From: Selaginella moellendorffii
Lineage: Eukaryota > Plantae > Lycopodiophyta
Direction of reading: 5' to 3'
DNA length: 64,000 nucleotides
NCBI RefSeq assembly: GCF_000143415.4
Contig: NW_003314277.1
Span: 507,183-571,182, forward strand
Below are positions 35,374-48,189 of the stretch, piece after piece (position 1 is the first letter of the stretch; each line of letters opens with the position of its first letter). Under the pieces are notes generated by a model. That model saw only the letters and a list, made by a program, of their open reading frames with translations, was not told where the DNA came from and ran no database searches. Both the position numbers and the translations under genes were made by a program.

Positions 35374-36935
35374 ATGGCTGACTTGGGGGTGAAATTTCCC
35401 TCGTTCTTGCCCCCGGAGGCCTCGCATTTGAAGGAGCAAGCTGCGCGGATCATGGCGTCGAGGATCAAGAGGCTGCCAGTGACGGTAAGGCGCTCTAAGC
35501 TATGGAAATTCGCGAGGAAAATCTTTAGTTTCACAGACGGAGCTGAGCGCCTCGCCAATCTTGACGAGCTGTGTCACGCCGGGAGTGATTCGATCCAATG
35601 CAAGTCCACTGCTGCTCCTGCATGGCTTCGACAGGTAAGATTGAGCTAGCTCGTAAATTTCTTTTGTGATTTAGCGCTCACACTTTCGGGATTGATCAGC
35701 TCTTGCCTGGAATGGAGGCGGGCGTTTCCCTTGCTTGAAGATGCTGGCCTTGAGCCTTGGGCTGTGGATATTCTAGGCTGGGGATTTTCTTCGTCGGGTA
35801 ACTTTCTCTTCCACTTTGGATTTCTCCTTTCTTTCTTTCACTTTCGATAAAGTTTCTTCTTTCTGCCAGAGAGAAAGATTTCGTCATACGGTGCAAAAGC
35901 AAAGACGAGGCATCTATACGACGTAAGCTTCTCGAATTGAAAGTTAATATAGAACTAGCTTGATTCCTCAGTTTTGGAGATCTCATATTCGAAGGCCAGC
36001 CACAGTCGTTGGCCCGAGCCTGGGAGGTGCGGTTGCTATCGAGCTTGCTGCAACTTATCCGGAGATGGTGCGTACATTATATACACTCGAAAAATATGCA
36101 AAAACTTACTCTCGTTTGCAGGTGTCTAAGCTGGTGTTGATTGATGCTCAAGGCTATGCAGAAGGATTGGGAAATCTCACCACTTCTCCAAGATCGCTTT
36201 TGTACGCAGGGGTAAGAAAACAACTTCCTTAAAGTTATCTTATGCGACAACTTTTATGAACAGGCAGCTGTTCTGAAGAGTGTGCCTCTCCGTGCATATG
36301 CGAACTTATTAATTTTCAAAGGCCTGAATTATAGCTCGTTGATGGACTTGATTCGGGTACGTAGTACAAAGTTTTTCTCACGGCTAAAAGGAGCACTTCA
36401 TTCTCGGCCAGGTGGGAAGACTTCACTGCCTTATGCCAGGATGGGCCGATGCTTTGGTCGATTTCATGATTAGTGGAGGTTATAACGTCGTCTCTCAAAT
36501 ACCACAGGTGCCTCTCGAATGACTTTGTAGTTGTGAGGTGCGCGCAGCATTTACATCGAAACCGAGTGCAGTTGATACAGTTTGTGTTGTTTGTAGGTGG
36601 ACAAGGAAACTCTGCTGATATGGGGGGAGCGGGATACTATTGTTCCAACGTTTAATGCCGAGGTACGCTATCTTCTTACTTTTTACTTTCTATTTCCTTT
36701 GGTGTTTTTTTCGTTTCAGAAATTTCTCGTGGATCTCCCCAATTCCCGGCTCGAGATTATCAGCGACTGCGGTCATATACCACATGTTGAGAAGCCTACA
36801 GCCGTGGCAGACTCGTTATCCAGATTTTTAAAAGGTACTCTTTTGTTGTATTTGAGCAATGCAGTGACAAGTGGTCATGCAGACGGGCCCGATCTCGCTA
36901 GCGCTGGAACCTCTTCTTTATCAGTGTCCTTGTGA
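35374..36935 (+). CDS. Alpha/beta-fold hydrolase, multi-exon
   Basis: LLLHGFDS|S, VDILGWGFS, VGPSLGGAVA nucleophile elbow, LIWGERD, CGHIPHVEKP; many short introns. Confidence 0.9.
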
Positions 36936-37059
36936 AGTCATTGACACGACCCACGAGATTGTGAATCTCAGTTGGCAAAACAACACACACAGGGAAAGAA
37001 CGTGAGTTTTCATTTCTCGTGAAACACGCTGAAATAGTTCCTGCAGGGAAAACTAAGAC

Positions 37060-38646
37060 TTAAAAAATCAGCTGTGACAAGACTCCAGGCGCCGAACTGT
37101 CCAGTCTCAGTGCTTGCTGTGCGACACGAGCTCCTCGCTCCTGGTCAGTGTGAATCCGACAAGCAGCAAGCAGCGCTTTCCACACGATGTCAGTATCAAG
37201 AAAGGGCATGTTGGCGATGAGTTCCTCGGCCTCTTTCACTTTTCCGGACCGCCCGAGCCCGTCCACCATGCACACGTAGTGCTCCAGATACAAATCCAAT
37301 CCAAAGTCGAACACCATCGAGACAAGCAACCTCCGAGCATCCAGCACGCGCCCAGCATGGCCCAACGTCGAGACAACGGCCACGAAAGTAGCCTCGTCCG
37401 GTAACAAGCCATCAAGCAGCATCTCCCGGAGAGACTCCACCGCTTCGGACAAGTGCCCGTTGTGAGCATACGCGGCAACGAGGACTCTCCACGACATATC
37501 GTTGCGGAGTGGAATTCTCCGGAAGAGCTCGGCGGATTTTTCAGCGTGGCCGCACTGTCCAAACGCCGCGATCAACGAGTTCCAAGAGACGGTGTTGTGG
37601 CGAGCCATTTTGTGGAAGAAGAGCTCGGCCTTGTTGGATTCGCCACAGTGGCCGCAAGCAGCGATCATCGTGTTCCAAGCGACAGCGTCTCTCACTTTCA
37701 TATCCTCGAAAACTCTGATCGCTTGAGAGAAATCTCCATTAGCCGCGTAGGCCATCACAAGAATGTTGCAAGCCACCGTATCTCTTTTGGGCATCCCGGC
37801 GAACATTCTCTCTGCGTGCTCCAGATGCCCAGACTGGGTATATGCCAGCATCAGCACCGTCCAGGAGGCCACATCGCGGCCGTCCATCCTGTCAAAGAGG
37901 CATTTTGCTCGGTCCAGATCCCAGCGATGGGTATATGCTACTAAGACAGAGTTTCCCGCAGGAGCATCTAAGAAGCGATATATTTCGGACAAGATTCCAT
38001 CTGCGGAAGCTGCATCTCCGCCGTTGATGCAAGCGATTGCCATTCCTGCGAACGAGAGGGGACTATGCTGCGCCATTGGATCAAAAAGAATCTTCGTGTT
38101 GGAAATATGCCGGTTCTGGGAATATGCCCAGAGTAAAGTGTCCCAGGAAACGATAGTACGCTCAGGCATGCCGTCAAAAACTGCCTTAGCGTAATCAAAA
38201 CTCCAAGCTAGTACTAATCCTGCGATTAGCGAGTTCCAAGAAACAACAGTCCAAGAAGGCATCTTATTGAAAGTTTCAATGGAAATATCCAAATGCCCAT
38301 CGAAGGCATAAGCAAAAACCATGCTATTCCACGATAGGTCATTCCTTTGCGGCATCTGAGAGAACAGATCGTTCGCCTCCGAGCACCAAGAGTTGCGATT
38401 GCACGCCGCGATTATCCCGTTCCAAGCAACAACATTAGCCTGCGGCATTTTCTCAAACACCCGCATCGCGTCGCCAATATGCCCACTCTGAACATAAGCC
38501 TGCATGAGAAGCGTCCACGAGTATTCGTTGCGATTGGCGATCCCGTCAAAGACCCTTTGCGCGTCTGCGACGGCGCCAACTTTTCCATATCTTTCAATCG
38601 CAAGATTTGCCTCGTAGCGAAGTTTAATGGCGTGCTTCCAAAGCAT
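37060..38646 (-). CDS. PLS-class PPR protein rich in short 31-aa repeats
   Basis: Repeated F..MP.RN.VSWN units; ends EHYVCMVDGLGRSG...WKALLAACRIH. Confidence 0.88.
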   Translation of the reverse strand: MLWKHAIKLRYEANLAIERYGKVGAVADAQRVFDGIANRNEYSWTLLMQAYVQSGHIGDAMRVFEKMPQANVVAWNGIIAACNRNSWCSEANDLFSQMPQRNDLSWNSMVFAYAFDGHLDISIETFNKMPSWTVVSWNSLIAGLVLAWSFDYAKAVFDGMPERTIVSWDTLLWAYSQNRHISNTKILFDPMAQHSPLSFAGMAIACINGGDAASADGILSEIYRFLDAPAGNSVLVAYTHRWDLDRAKCLFDRMDGRDVASWTVLMLAYTQSGHLEHAERMFAGMPKRDTVACNILVMAYAANGDFSQAIRVFEDMKVRDAVAWNTMIAACGHCGESNKAELFFHKMARHNTVSWNSLIAAFGQCGHAEKSAELFRRIPLRNDMSWRVLVAAYAHNGHLSEAVESLREMLLDGLLPDEATFVAVVSTLGHAGRVLDARRLLVSMVFDFGLDLYLEHYVCMVDGLGRSGKVKEAEELIANMPFLDTDIVWKALLAACRIHTDQERGARVAQQALRLDSSAPGVLSQLIF

Positions 38647-39248
38647 GCAAGAAGTCTTGTTCTAGTTTGCCACCTCTACATTGTTGCCACGGATCAAAAT
38701 CATTGTTGGAGGGCGCGAAATCATGCAACCAAACATTGACAAATCTTTTGGCAAATGGCTATGCCTATGACTTCCACCCAGAAAATAGATAGACAGGTAG
38801 AAATTGGGGGTTTCCTCCTTCCACACACCTTCCTTTTTACCAACGCACTCGATGCGAGCAATCACAGAGGGCTAGGTTGCGTGAAGGCCGGAGTTTCTTC
38901 CTCTATCCAGGGGCAAATTGTTTGAATTGTCCTCGCAAGTTTCCCAAAGCCCTCCGTTCTCTTTGGAAATCGCAATGACGAGCGAGAAGCTTACACGAAA
39001 GCACCAGTCAATCCACCACAAAAAAACTTGATTTGCGTTGCTCGCAATCGCCTGAATCTTTCGATGGTGGCGTCGCTCGCAAGCAAAAGGAGAACGAAGA
39101 CTTACCGAGAGGTTTGAATAGATGCCGGCGAATATTCCGGATGTTTGAAAATCAGGAACCCTAAAAACGCTAACGGATAGATAGGGTTCTTGTGGTGCGG
39201 GGATTTTGCTTTTGCGCCCTCCAGCGATGTGAGGGGGCGCTGCCGCTG

Positions 39249-41448
39249 ATGTGGGCGATTGGAAGCTGTCAAAATGCGCTGCCAGGTATCGCCATTCCTT
39301 TCATCTCTAGATCGGTGATAGACGCGGGGAGAGGGGGGAAATTAGGTCGTGCTAGCAATGTAGCAGACGCCAAGAACGTAGCATCGACCGGAAATGCGAT
39401 TGCCGGGAACTTCCAGTGGATGTTTAGCGGTTTCTATGAGAATCCAGCGCAAAATCCAGTGGTTGTGGGAGAGGAAAGCAGTGTAGTGGCAGATAAAAAT
39501 CTCACTCCTTGTGAAGAAGATCGGGGGCAAATAGCTGCGAGTAGAATTAGCTTATCGGATCAAACAGATGACACGAAGAAGTTGATAGGAGCCATTTATC
39601 GCCGCTACGCTACTTCTGCTGGAGGGAAGTATGATTTCTTGCGGCTTCACAACGCTCTTCACAGGCTGGGAGCTGACGATCCCGTTGCTCCAGTTCTAGA
39701 AAGCTTTAGGCGAGCGATAACCAAGGACACAGGATCCTGGCTGGTCATCAAGCTCTCGAGAGCTGGCCGACGAAGAACAGCCTTCAAAGTCCTGGAATGG
39801 CTGAGCGACAGGAAGAGAGGTATCCACGCCAACGCTTACAACTCTCTCATCACCGGACTTATGAAAGATGGCGACGAGGCCGACGCCATCGCCATCTTCG
39901 AGAGGATGAAGCACGACCGGGTGGCCCCGACGCTCTACACTTATACGGCCGTCATGCGAGCGCTGTCTCACGTCCAAGGCTGGGAGTCGGCTCACAGGAT
40001 GTTTAGCGAGCTCGTCGTGCATGGCTCGCTCAAGCCCGACGTCGCCATGTACAACACGATGCTGGCGGCCTACGGGCGAGGCCACAAGCTGGAGAGAGTT
40101 CTCCAGACGTGGGAGAGGATGCAAAAGGAAGGATGCGTCGAGAACGTTGGAACTTACTGCCTGCTCGTGAGCACCTTCGTCCAGACGAACCAGGCCGACT
40201 TGGCTCTCGACGCCTACGCGCGAATGAACTCACAGGGCCTCAAGGCGACGGATGGAATCTACAGAGGCCTGGTTTGCGTCTGCGCGACGCAAGGACGCTG
40301 GCTCGTCGCTCTCACCTTCTTCAAGGAGATGCTAGAGTCCGGTTGCAAGCCGACCATCGTCACGTACAACGTTTTGATGCGAGCGCTCGGCAAGGCAGGG
40401 AAGTGGGAGATCGTCCTCGACTTGCTGCCGCGGATGAAGGCGTCCGGGGTGGCGCCCGACTTCTACACCGTCAATGCGGTTCTAAACGGCCTCATCGCGG
40501 CCAGGGAGTTTGATCGAGCGATGCTCTTCTTCCACAGCGTGAAGTCGTCGGGGATGAAGCTGGACAGGGAGGTTTACAACGTGATCCTGGTCGCCTGCCA
40601 GAAGTCGAAGAACTGGGAAGCGGCGCTCTCGCTCGTCCAGGAGATGGAGCAAACCGGGATCGCTCCAAACGAAGTTACGTTTGGTCCGCTGCTGGTGGCT
40701 TGCGAGAACGCCAAGCAGGTCGAGGTAGCGCTGAGGCTTTACGAGCACATGAAGCAGCGGCGGTGCGTTCCAAACACTCACGTCGTGGCGTCGCTCATCC
40801 GAGCCTGCGGGAAGGAGCTCATGTGGCAGCAAGCCAGGAACATTTATCGGGTAAGCTCCGTCTCCTTCTAAGTTCCTTTTAGCTCTCCTTCCATTCTTCC
40901 ATTCTTTTTCTCCTTGTAGCTCCCTTTCACTCTTTCATTCCTTCTAAGCGTCATCTCCTTTCATTCTTCCATTCCTTGTAAGCTCCATCTCTTTCCTTGT
41001 AGCTCTCCTTTCATTAGCTCCATCTCCTTCTACTTTCCTTGTAGCTCTCTTTTCATTCATCTCATTCATTTCATTCCTTGTAGCTCTCCTTCGTCCTTCA
41101 CAAGATCCATCCTTTCTTTCTCTTTCCTGGGTCATCTCCGCAGCATGACCGAAGTACTTCCTCCCGTGGTTCCATGCTCTATACCGGATTTTGATTCTCC
41201 TGCCTGCGCATTTCTTTTCCTTTTTCTCACGCACGCACCCAACACTACAGGACTTTCGTAAGGCGGGACAAAAGCCCAACGTTTACGTTTACAACGCGCT
41301 CATTGATGCCTATTGCAGGAGCCAAAAGTACCACCTCGCCAAGAAGGTGGACAGGCGGATGATCGAGGAAGGCTGCCAACGTAACAACGTGACCAACCTC
41401 TTGCGGGACAAGTACTACAAGAGAACCCCGAGCGTTACAGACTACTAA
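39249..41448 (+). CDS. P-class PPR protein with probable organellar transit peptide
   Basis: Tandem 35-aa repeats (YNSLI, YNTML, TYNVLM); exon ending 40850, intron 40851-41250, last exon DFRKAGQKPNVYVYNALIDAY. Confidence 0.88.
40865..41100 (+). repeat. Pyrimidine-rich intronic repeat with recurring CCTTGTAGCTC
   Basis: Four exact copies and one variant inside the PPR intron. Confidence 0.8.
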
Positions 41449-41463
41449 AGAGAGAATCCCCTG

Positions 41464-41517
41464 GCATATTCGCGTCCATGGAATATACCATATCGAAGGA
41501 TATCCCCTCGAATATGC
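41464..41517. promoter_or_regulatory. Cluster of four P1BS (GNATATNC) motifs
   Basis: GCATATTC 41464, GAATATAC 41481, GGATATCC 41498, GAATATGC 41510. Confidence 0.6.
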
Positions 41518-41926
41518 TCCGGGCCACATGACACGAGAAAAAACTGTTTTTCTTCACACCACAAAGAGAAAAGAACAAACTTGTGAGCTTGTGTGAGCTA
41601 GCCTCCTCCTTTTGGACTAACAAGAGAGAGCTCTTCTCTCTCTCTCTCTTCTCTATAACCGCTTTGGCGAGAGTCCCAACTAACGGATCCATCCACACAC
41701 AAAACTCTCGCCTTCCCGGTTTCCATGTGTGAGGGAGAGCAAAAAAAAATTCCCCCCATCGATCGTCTCTTCTTGTCGATGACGATGACGACGATGGCGA
41801 TGGCGATCCAATCTGTGTGTCGAGTTTGTTGTGTGCGTGCGTGCCTCGAGAGCTAACAGAGGAGGAAGAAGATGGGAAGAACCAAAAAACCCACCTCTCT
41901 CTCTCGATCTCTATCTCTCGCTCGTC

Positions 41927-43688
41927 TCACCTGTGATCCTCACCTCCTAGATCGTACGCGTGACTCACCTCCCCTGGCTGTTGATTATCCTGGCGACCAA
42001 TCTCCATCTCGTCGTCATCGCCATCTTCCTCGTCTTCCTCCTCCTCCGCCTCGTCGCCACCGCGCTGGTTCTCCTCCCCGTCCAATTGCCTGTCCTCCCG
42101 GTTCTCCCAGTCCGCCACCGGGATGCAATCGTACTTGTGCCGCAGCTTCCAGTCCAATGCCTGGCACGCCCGCGAACAGTAGTTGACACGGCCGCACGCC
42201 GAGCAGCGCCGGAACTCGTGCCGCCTCGTCTCGGGCCGCCCGCAGTTTGCATGCGAGCACAGGCGCAGCCCCGCCGCCGACGTTGGGTGCAGCGCAAACC
42301 ACTCCACCAGAAACTTGTTGGCGACGTGCACCTTGGCCGGGGGCACGTTGCAGCCGAAGTCGCTCAGCAGCGCGCAGCCACCGTTTTGGAGCAGCTTGAA
42401 CACCGGGTGCCGCTCCACGGCATTTGCTGCACTCGCATTGGTGGCGCCGCCGCCAGCGCCACCACCACCACCACCACCACTAGCAGCAGCGACGATCCCA
42501 GCGCTGTCCAAGACCGCCTTTTGGAAGATGTCCGCCTTGGTCGACGGCGGCAGCGTGAAGAACCTGTGATGCGGGCAGCTGGCGCAGCCTGTCCGAGAAG
42601 TCCGCTTGAGCGCCAGCTCCATGAGGTTCTTGGGGAAGGCCGCCGCCACCGCCGCCGCCGCCTCCCGTGCGTTGGCCTCGAGCAGCAGCCGCCGCCCCTG
42701 GAGTACGTTCTTCACAACTCCATAGCCGTCCTGGAGGCAGTGCCCGAGCTCGCGGATGGCGTCGACGTGACCCAGCGACGCCGCTCGCATGCACAGCGCC
42801 ACCCCGGCCTTGAGGTTCTTGTCCTTTCGCCGCCCGCCGCTACCATTGAAGTGGATCACCGCCAGGGAGTGGAGCGCCGCGGCGTGCGACGCCACCGCCG
42901 CCTTGGCCATCAATGAGGCGCCGCTGCTGTTGTTCAAGCAGTAGAAGCGAATCTGCCCATCAAAAGACCACTTATCATGAGAAGGAAGAACAGCGAATCC
43001 ACGACTAAGGAACCAAAGCCAAGCATGGAACCTATGCTATGGAACCAAAACCAAGCATGGAACGAAGAAGAGATCTCTACTCTCTCTCACACTGATTGCT
43101 ACTCTTCACTCACCATTCCCAGCGTGTAGAGCGCTTCCACATTGCCGACGTCGGCGCATTGCTTGAGGAATCGATGCGATCCCGCGGACCAGCTCCCAGC
43201 CTTGACAGCGAATGCTTGAGGCGATACTCTGGCCAAGACCTGTGGATGCGTCGCGGCGGCGCAGAATCTCCGGCATCTGGAAGAACACACAGCGCGCGAT
43301 GAGTCGGGGAAAGATCGAGAGCGAGGAGCGATATTTCGGAAGAGATCGAGCGGGGAGAGCGAGAGGAGCGATGTTTCGAGAGAGATCGAGCGAGAGGAGC
43401 GATATTTCGAGAGATCGAGACTCACATGAGCATCATGTTGAAGAGATCGGCCGGCGACGAGGCGGTGGAGACGAGCGCCATGGCGATGTCGACAAGGAGA
43501 TCGTCTGGGACAAAATCGAAGGCGCATGGAGCGGTGGATTTCTTGGAGGATCCGGCGACGCGCGAGAACTTGCATGGCCGCTCGGCGGCGTCGAAGGATC
43601 CCTGGCGCTGGCGCTTGTGAGAGTATGGCTTGATGCTAAAGATTATGCCGTCCGTCGGCGATGGATAGTTCCCCCTTCTCGTCCTCAT
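41927..43688 (-). CDS. F-box / SEL1-like repeat / MYND zinc-finger protein
   Basis: MRTRRG start; F-box-like FDFVPDDLLVDI; GNVEALYTLGM|IRFYC; GHVDAIRELGHCLQDGYG; MYND CSHANCGRPETRRHEFRRCSACGRVNYCSRACQALDWK; two introns. Confidence 0.92.
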
Positions 43689-44372
43689 TGGCGATGAGCG
43701 TCCTCGAGACGAATGCTACTAGCGCCGCGACAAGATTCCCGCCCTGATCAAGAACACTCCAGGCGGATTTTCGATCCACGGCGCTCTTGCCAGGCACGTC
43801 GCGGGAATCCGGAGCTCATCTTGATCCTTTCCTCCGGGCAAGGGCAGGAAAATCGCGTCTTGCGAGCAAAAAAAGCTCAAGATCGGCCAAAAAGAGGAAG
43901 AAAAGGAGGGAGTAAGGGAATCATCCACTGCCGCTTGCAAGAAATGCGATCTGGCTCCTATGATCGCTCCGCAACACGGAAAGACTCTCAAGGATTTCGA
44001 CACACGCCCTAAAAAAGAAGGAAACAAGAATACACAACAAACCCCGATATAGGACAAGCACCATAGCCAACACTATACACACAAGCCATTTCTTTTGCCG
44101 TCGGCTGGTGGCCGTTGGATGGCACCCTCCAGCGGGCGCCGTCGGATCCACCATACGGAATGTACTTTTTTATTCCCGCCGAGCTGGCCAGATCTCGGCC
44201 GTCTAGGCGGCGTTGACATGGACGGCAGTCACGGGGTCATCAATATCCCCGCCACTGTGGCAGCATGCGAGCCGTAGATTCGTTACAACGTTTGACAACC
44301 GGGGTTTACCGGCCCCGGGTAATTGCTCCCCTGACGCTGACGTGGGCGCGGGTCAAACGTCCCCCGGCCGGC

Positions 44373-47300
44373 GAATATTCCCGGCCGAGTGGCCGCGGAA
44401 TATCCGGCGCGGAGAACACAGGTCCAACATGTTTGTTTGCCGTGAGGGGTTTATGGAAGTTTGGTGAGCAAACGCGGGTAGAAAAGAAACCCTAGCGAGA
44501 CTTTGGAAGAGAGATCTGGACGATTGCTTCTAAGTAACAGCTTGGATCTGGAAGGAAGGATCATCGCTCCAACACACACAAACACAATGACCGTGGTGGC
44601 ACGCCTTTCCAGGTTTGTTATACTTCGTGAATTCTAAGTTCTTGGCATGGATTGATCGATGGGGATGGAGCAAAGATCGATCCCCAAGCGAATATACTAA
44701 TAGGGGTTGCTTCAAAGTAACATTTTTCTCTTGGATTGCACACCTTGGTGTTACTTTTGTTCCCAATCTTCCAAGCTACAAAAGCCCAAAGGGAAAAGCC
44801 TGGCAGGGGGCAGCAGTGGCGTATAGATTGTGAGTGTTCCATCCTTCCATTTTTAAAATAATACTTCCTTTTTTTTTTCGCGGTTTCTTTTTTTTAAGGG
44901 ATTGGCTCTAACTGCACGGTGCATGTTTTCGCCTGGTTCCCTCGTTAAGCAACAGCAGACTAAGCTAGATTCCGTGTTTGATGCCACCCCAACAAGCGGG
45001 ATGATTCCCCTGGCGCAAATGGAATCTCGCTCTCGCCGATCTCTATCTTGCTTGCCCGCTCGCGTGTGAGCAAACTCCTTCCCCTTGATTGCACGTAACC
45101 CTCCAAGTGCCCACGGTACATTTTCCGTTTTACCACGACAGGAGTCTCCGCCACGCCACAGCAAGGGACTACGAGAAAGCCTACCACTTATACTATTGCT
45201 TGCCGGTAAAAAACCTAGTGATGAATTACTTCTGGTCTTTAACGGAATATGCTCTCGTCCCTCCGTGCGGGGGATATTCCTTGACCTTTGAATTTATTTG
45301 CGCGCGACAAAAAACGGTCGGGTGGCGGATGGATTTTCTTTAGGGTTGAGGCGTTTCCTGACTGGAAGCATCTCCGTTTTTCTTTTCTTTTTTTTGTTGG
45401 GATTTAGCAAGCCAAGCAGTGCAATAATTCGGCCAAGGAAAAACCACGGCATTCATTTTTCCCGGCGGGGCACAAGAATGCGTTGTTGCCTGCCCGGAGA
45501 GGACAGACAACGGCAATCCCGGATCCAATTCGAATCAATCGCCCGCTCGTAGCGTGGGCTCCGTCACCTTTGGCGTCACAGCCGTCAACGGCCCAAGATT
45601 AGGGCAGGAAAAGCAGAGGTGACAGCAGCGTGATGCAAGAGACAAGATAAAGAAGAGAAAAAAAAGGAAAAACTATCCCAATCTCCTCCACAACTCTCTA
45701 GCTCCATCAATCCATTTGAGGGATGGAAATCGCAATCCATTCCACTGTCTAGTCGCCTTTCAAAGCCCCGAAAAGCACACTCAGTGCCAAGCAAGCGCTC
45801 ATCCATCGCTCCTCCCTTTTGCAATTTGGTCTCTCTCCCGCGTTTGCGTTGCTTTCACACACACACACACACACACACACAGACTATACACACTGGAGCA
45901 CGCCAATCTTTTGGGTTTTTTTCTGGGCTCGTGCATTCAATCCTCACACCAGCAATTGTGGGTCCAAACCCATCCGACCACCCAACAAACATTGCCATTG
46001 CTCCCTCCAAACATTTCGGCACTTGCCGGACCCCAAAGACCAACACCAATTTCTCCTCTCGGAGGAAAAGAAAAGTGAGAGGGTGAATGATTCTGGAGGA
46101 CTTCTCCCTTCCTATATAGCCCGTCTATAATGCGCCTCACACAAAACAACACACACTACAATGGAGAGCGAGAATCTTCGCGTAGAATAAGAGAATATAA
46201 ATTAGTCTTGTAATGCAAAAGGCTGCCGTGTTGACCAAATGAAAAATGCATCTCCCCTTTCCTTGTAAAGGTGGCGCACTTTACTTGTATGTTCCACTTA
46301 GCCAGAGACTGGAACTTGAAAACGAAAGAGGAGAGATCTATATGCGATCTCGTGGTGAAAGCCTTTGGAAGCTCGCATTTGCCCGAAGGTGGCAACATTC
46401 TTTTGTACGATGTGGAAAGACAAGAGGCTTAATTCTTTTTTGGGTGGGTGTTTCTCTCAGCGCTCGCCAGTTGTCAAGCAACAACAACAAAGTCTCGCCA
46501 AATCCTTGCACTTGCTGTTGCTGTTGGATCAAAGTTCCTTCGTTGGCTCGGCACAATGAAGTGTCTTGGCATGTTGGTAGAACCTCTAATACGACCAAAA
46601 ACTTTATCTCTCTTCCCTAGAGCCATCTGTACAATGGGGGCAATTGTTTGCACTCGAGATGCAAAGATCGGCCCCAATTGGAGTAGAATCTAATCTGCCC
46701 GTGTCACCGCCGTGACACTGGCTTGGTCTCTACACTTTGATGTGTCAACAAAACTCTATCCACTTTTGCCTCGTCTGCCTCAATAGCACATGCACAAGAT
46801 ATATGAGTGATGATGATGGACAACAACAAACGAAGTGGAAAAAAAGTAAAAACAAGCCTCCCACGGTTGCTTCGCACCAGAGGCAAGCTACTGCAGAGCA
46901 GCACACCTCGTGTCAAACGCGCGGATATTCGCCGCGGTGCAGGGAATATTCTACACGGCATCATATGAAATATTCCGCACGTCGTTTCGCACACAGTTGG
47001 CGGCCGTGACGGGCCGACGGGCGTGGCCCGTCCACTCCCGTGCGCCCGTGAGGGAGGCCTGCCGTGCACGCCAAGTGAAGGGTGGCGTCACGGATGACGG
47101 TGGACATGTCACGGATGACGCCCGGGCTTTGTTTGGTGGCGGGCCCGGGAAAATCCACATCTTTTCTGTGGCCCATTTTTTCTCCTCTTACTCCATTTTT
47201 ATTTTGATTGGGAAACGGTGGCCATTTCTCACCTATGATGGCCCAATTATCAAATTGTCGCTCAACCCCGTTCCGGCCACTCGTCCGCTCACTCACGACC

Positions 47301-47842
47301 AATGCGAGAGCCAAAAAAGAAAAAACACTTTGATTCTGACAAAAGGAGAAAAAAAGAGGGAAAAAGAATGGAAAGAAAATCCGGTTGTGTCCGCTATAAT
47401 GCGTACCATGCATGCGCACGATAATTTATATGTGGACCGCATATCATATACTTTTTACATGGTTTGTGCAACCAAGGGGGACAATGCAAATGTGTGCGAT
47501 TCTTTCTTTCTTTCTTTCTTTCTTCGCATTCACACCAAAGAATGATACCCTTGATGACCGTCTCTCGTCTTGTGGCTGACGTATCGTATTTGCCCCGGTA
47601 GATCTTTTGGGGAATGCTGGTACGAATGTTTTGCCTTTAAAGCCAAGACGTTGCAAATGCCCAACCAGTTTAATTAGTAGACTTTAAACCTTAACTTCGA
47701 GCTCGGGATTTCGATTTCCATCTCTTTGTTTTGTTTTGTTTTGTTTTGTCCAAAGCAACGGCGGCAACCTCACTTAGATTGCGTGAAGACTTTGTAACGT
47801 GTTCCACTCTTGCTGGGAATTAAGTATTCCCGCGGGATATTC
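44373..47842. promoter_or_regulatory. Long intergenic region with eight P1BS motifs, mostly paired
   Basis: GNATATNC at 44373, 44398, 44690, 45245, 45272, 46923, 46944, 47835. Confidence 0.55.
45856..45881. repeat. (CA)n microsatellite
   Basis: About 13 CA units. Confidence 0.9.
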
Positions 47843-48189
47843 TCCCTGTCGCGCCCCAGGGCGACAAGCCAACGCCATCCCAGCACCAGTCAACGCACCA
47901 GTCCACCGTACGTGGCTTGTTCCTTGTTTTTCTTTTTGTTTTGCCCATTCTCCTTTCGCTCGAGACGAACGCGTCGGGCCAGTTTATATTGTAACTTAAG
48001 CTTTCTTCCTCCATTTTTTTGCATTCTCTCTCCTTTCCTCCACCGTTTTGGCACTGCAGAGTTGACGAGTGTGCAAAAGGCAGGAGAAAAATAAAAATCG
48101 ATTCTCTGGTACTGTCTGAATCCTTGAAGTGATTGATGGATTGGATCGAGCAAACGCCCCTTTTGGCGACGAAGGAGTGTGGCAAGTTC

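Noticed and set aside
46355-46390. miR399 or IPS1-like motif (CCTTTGG...ATTTGCCCG)
   Set aside because: Only 7-9 nt matches; no full mature sequence, hairpin or bulged mimic site
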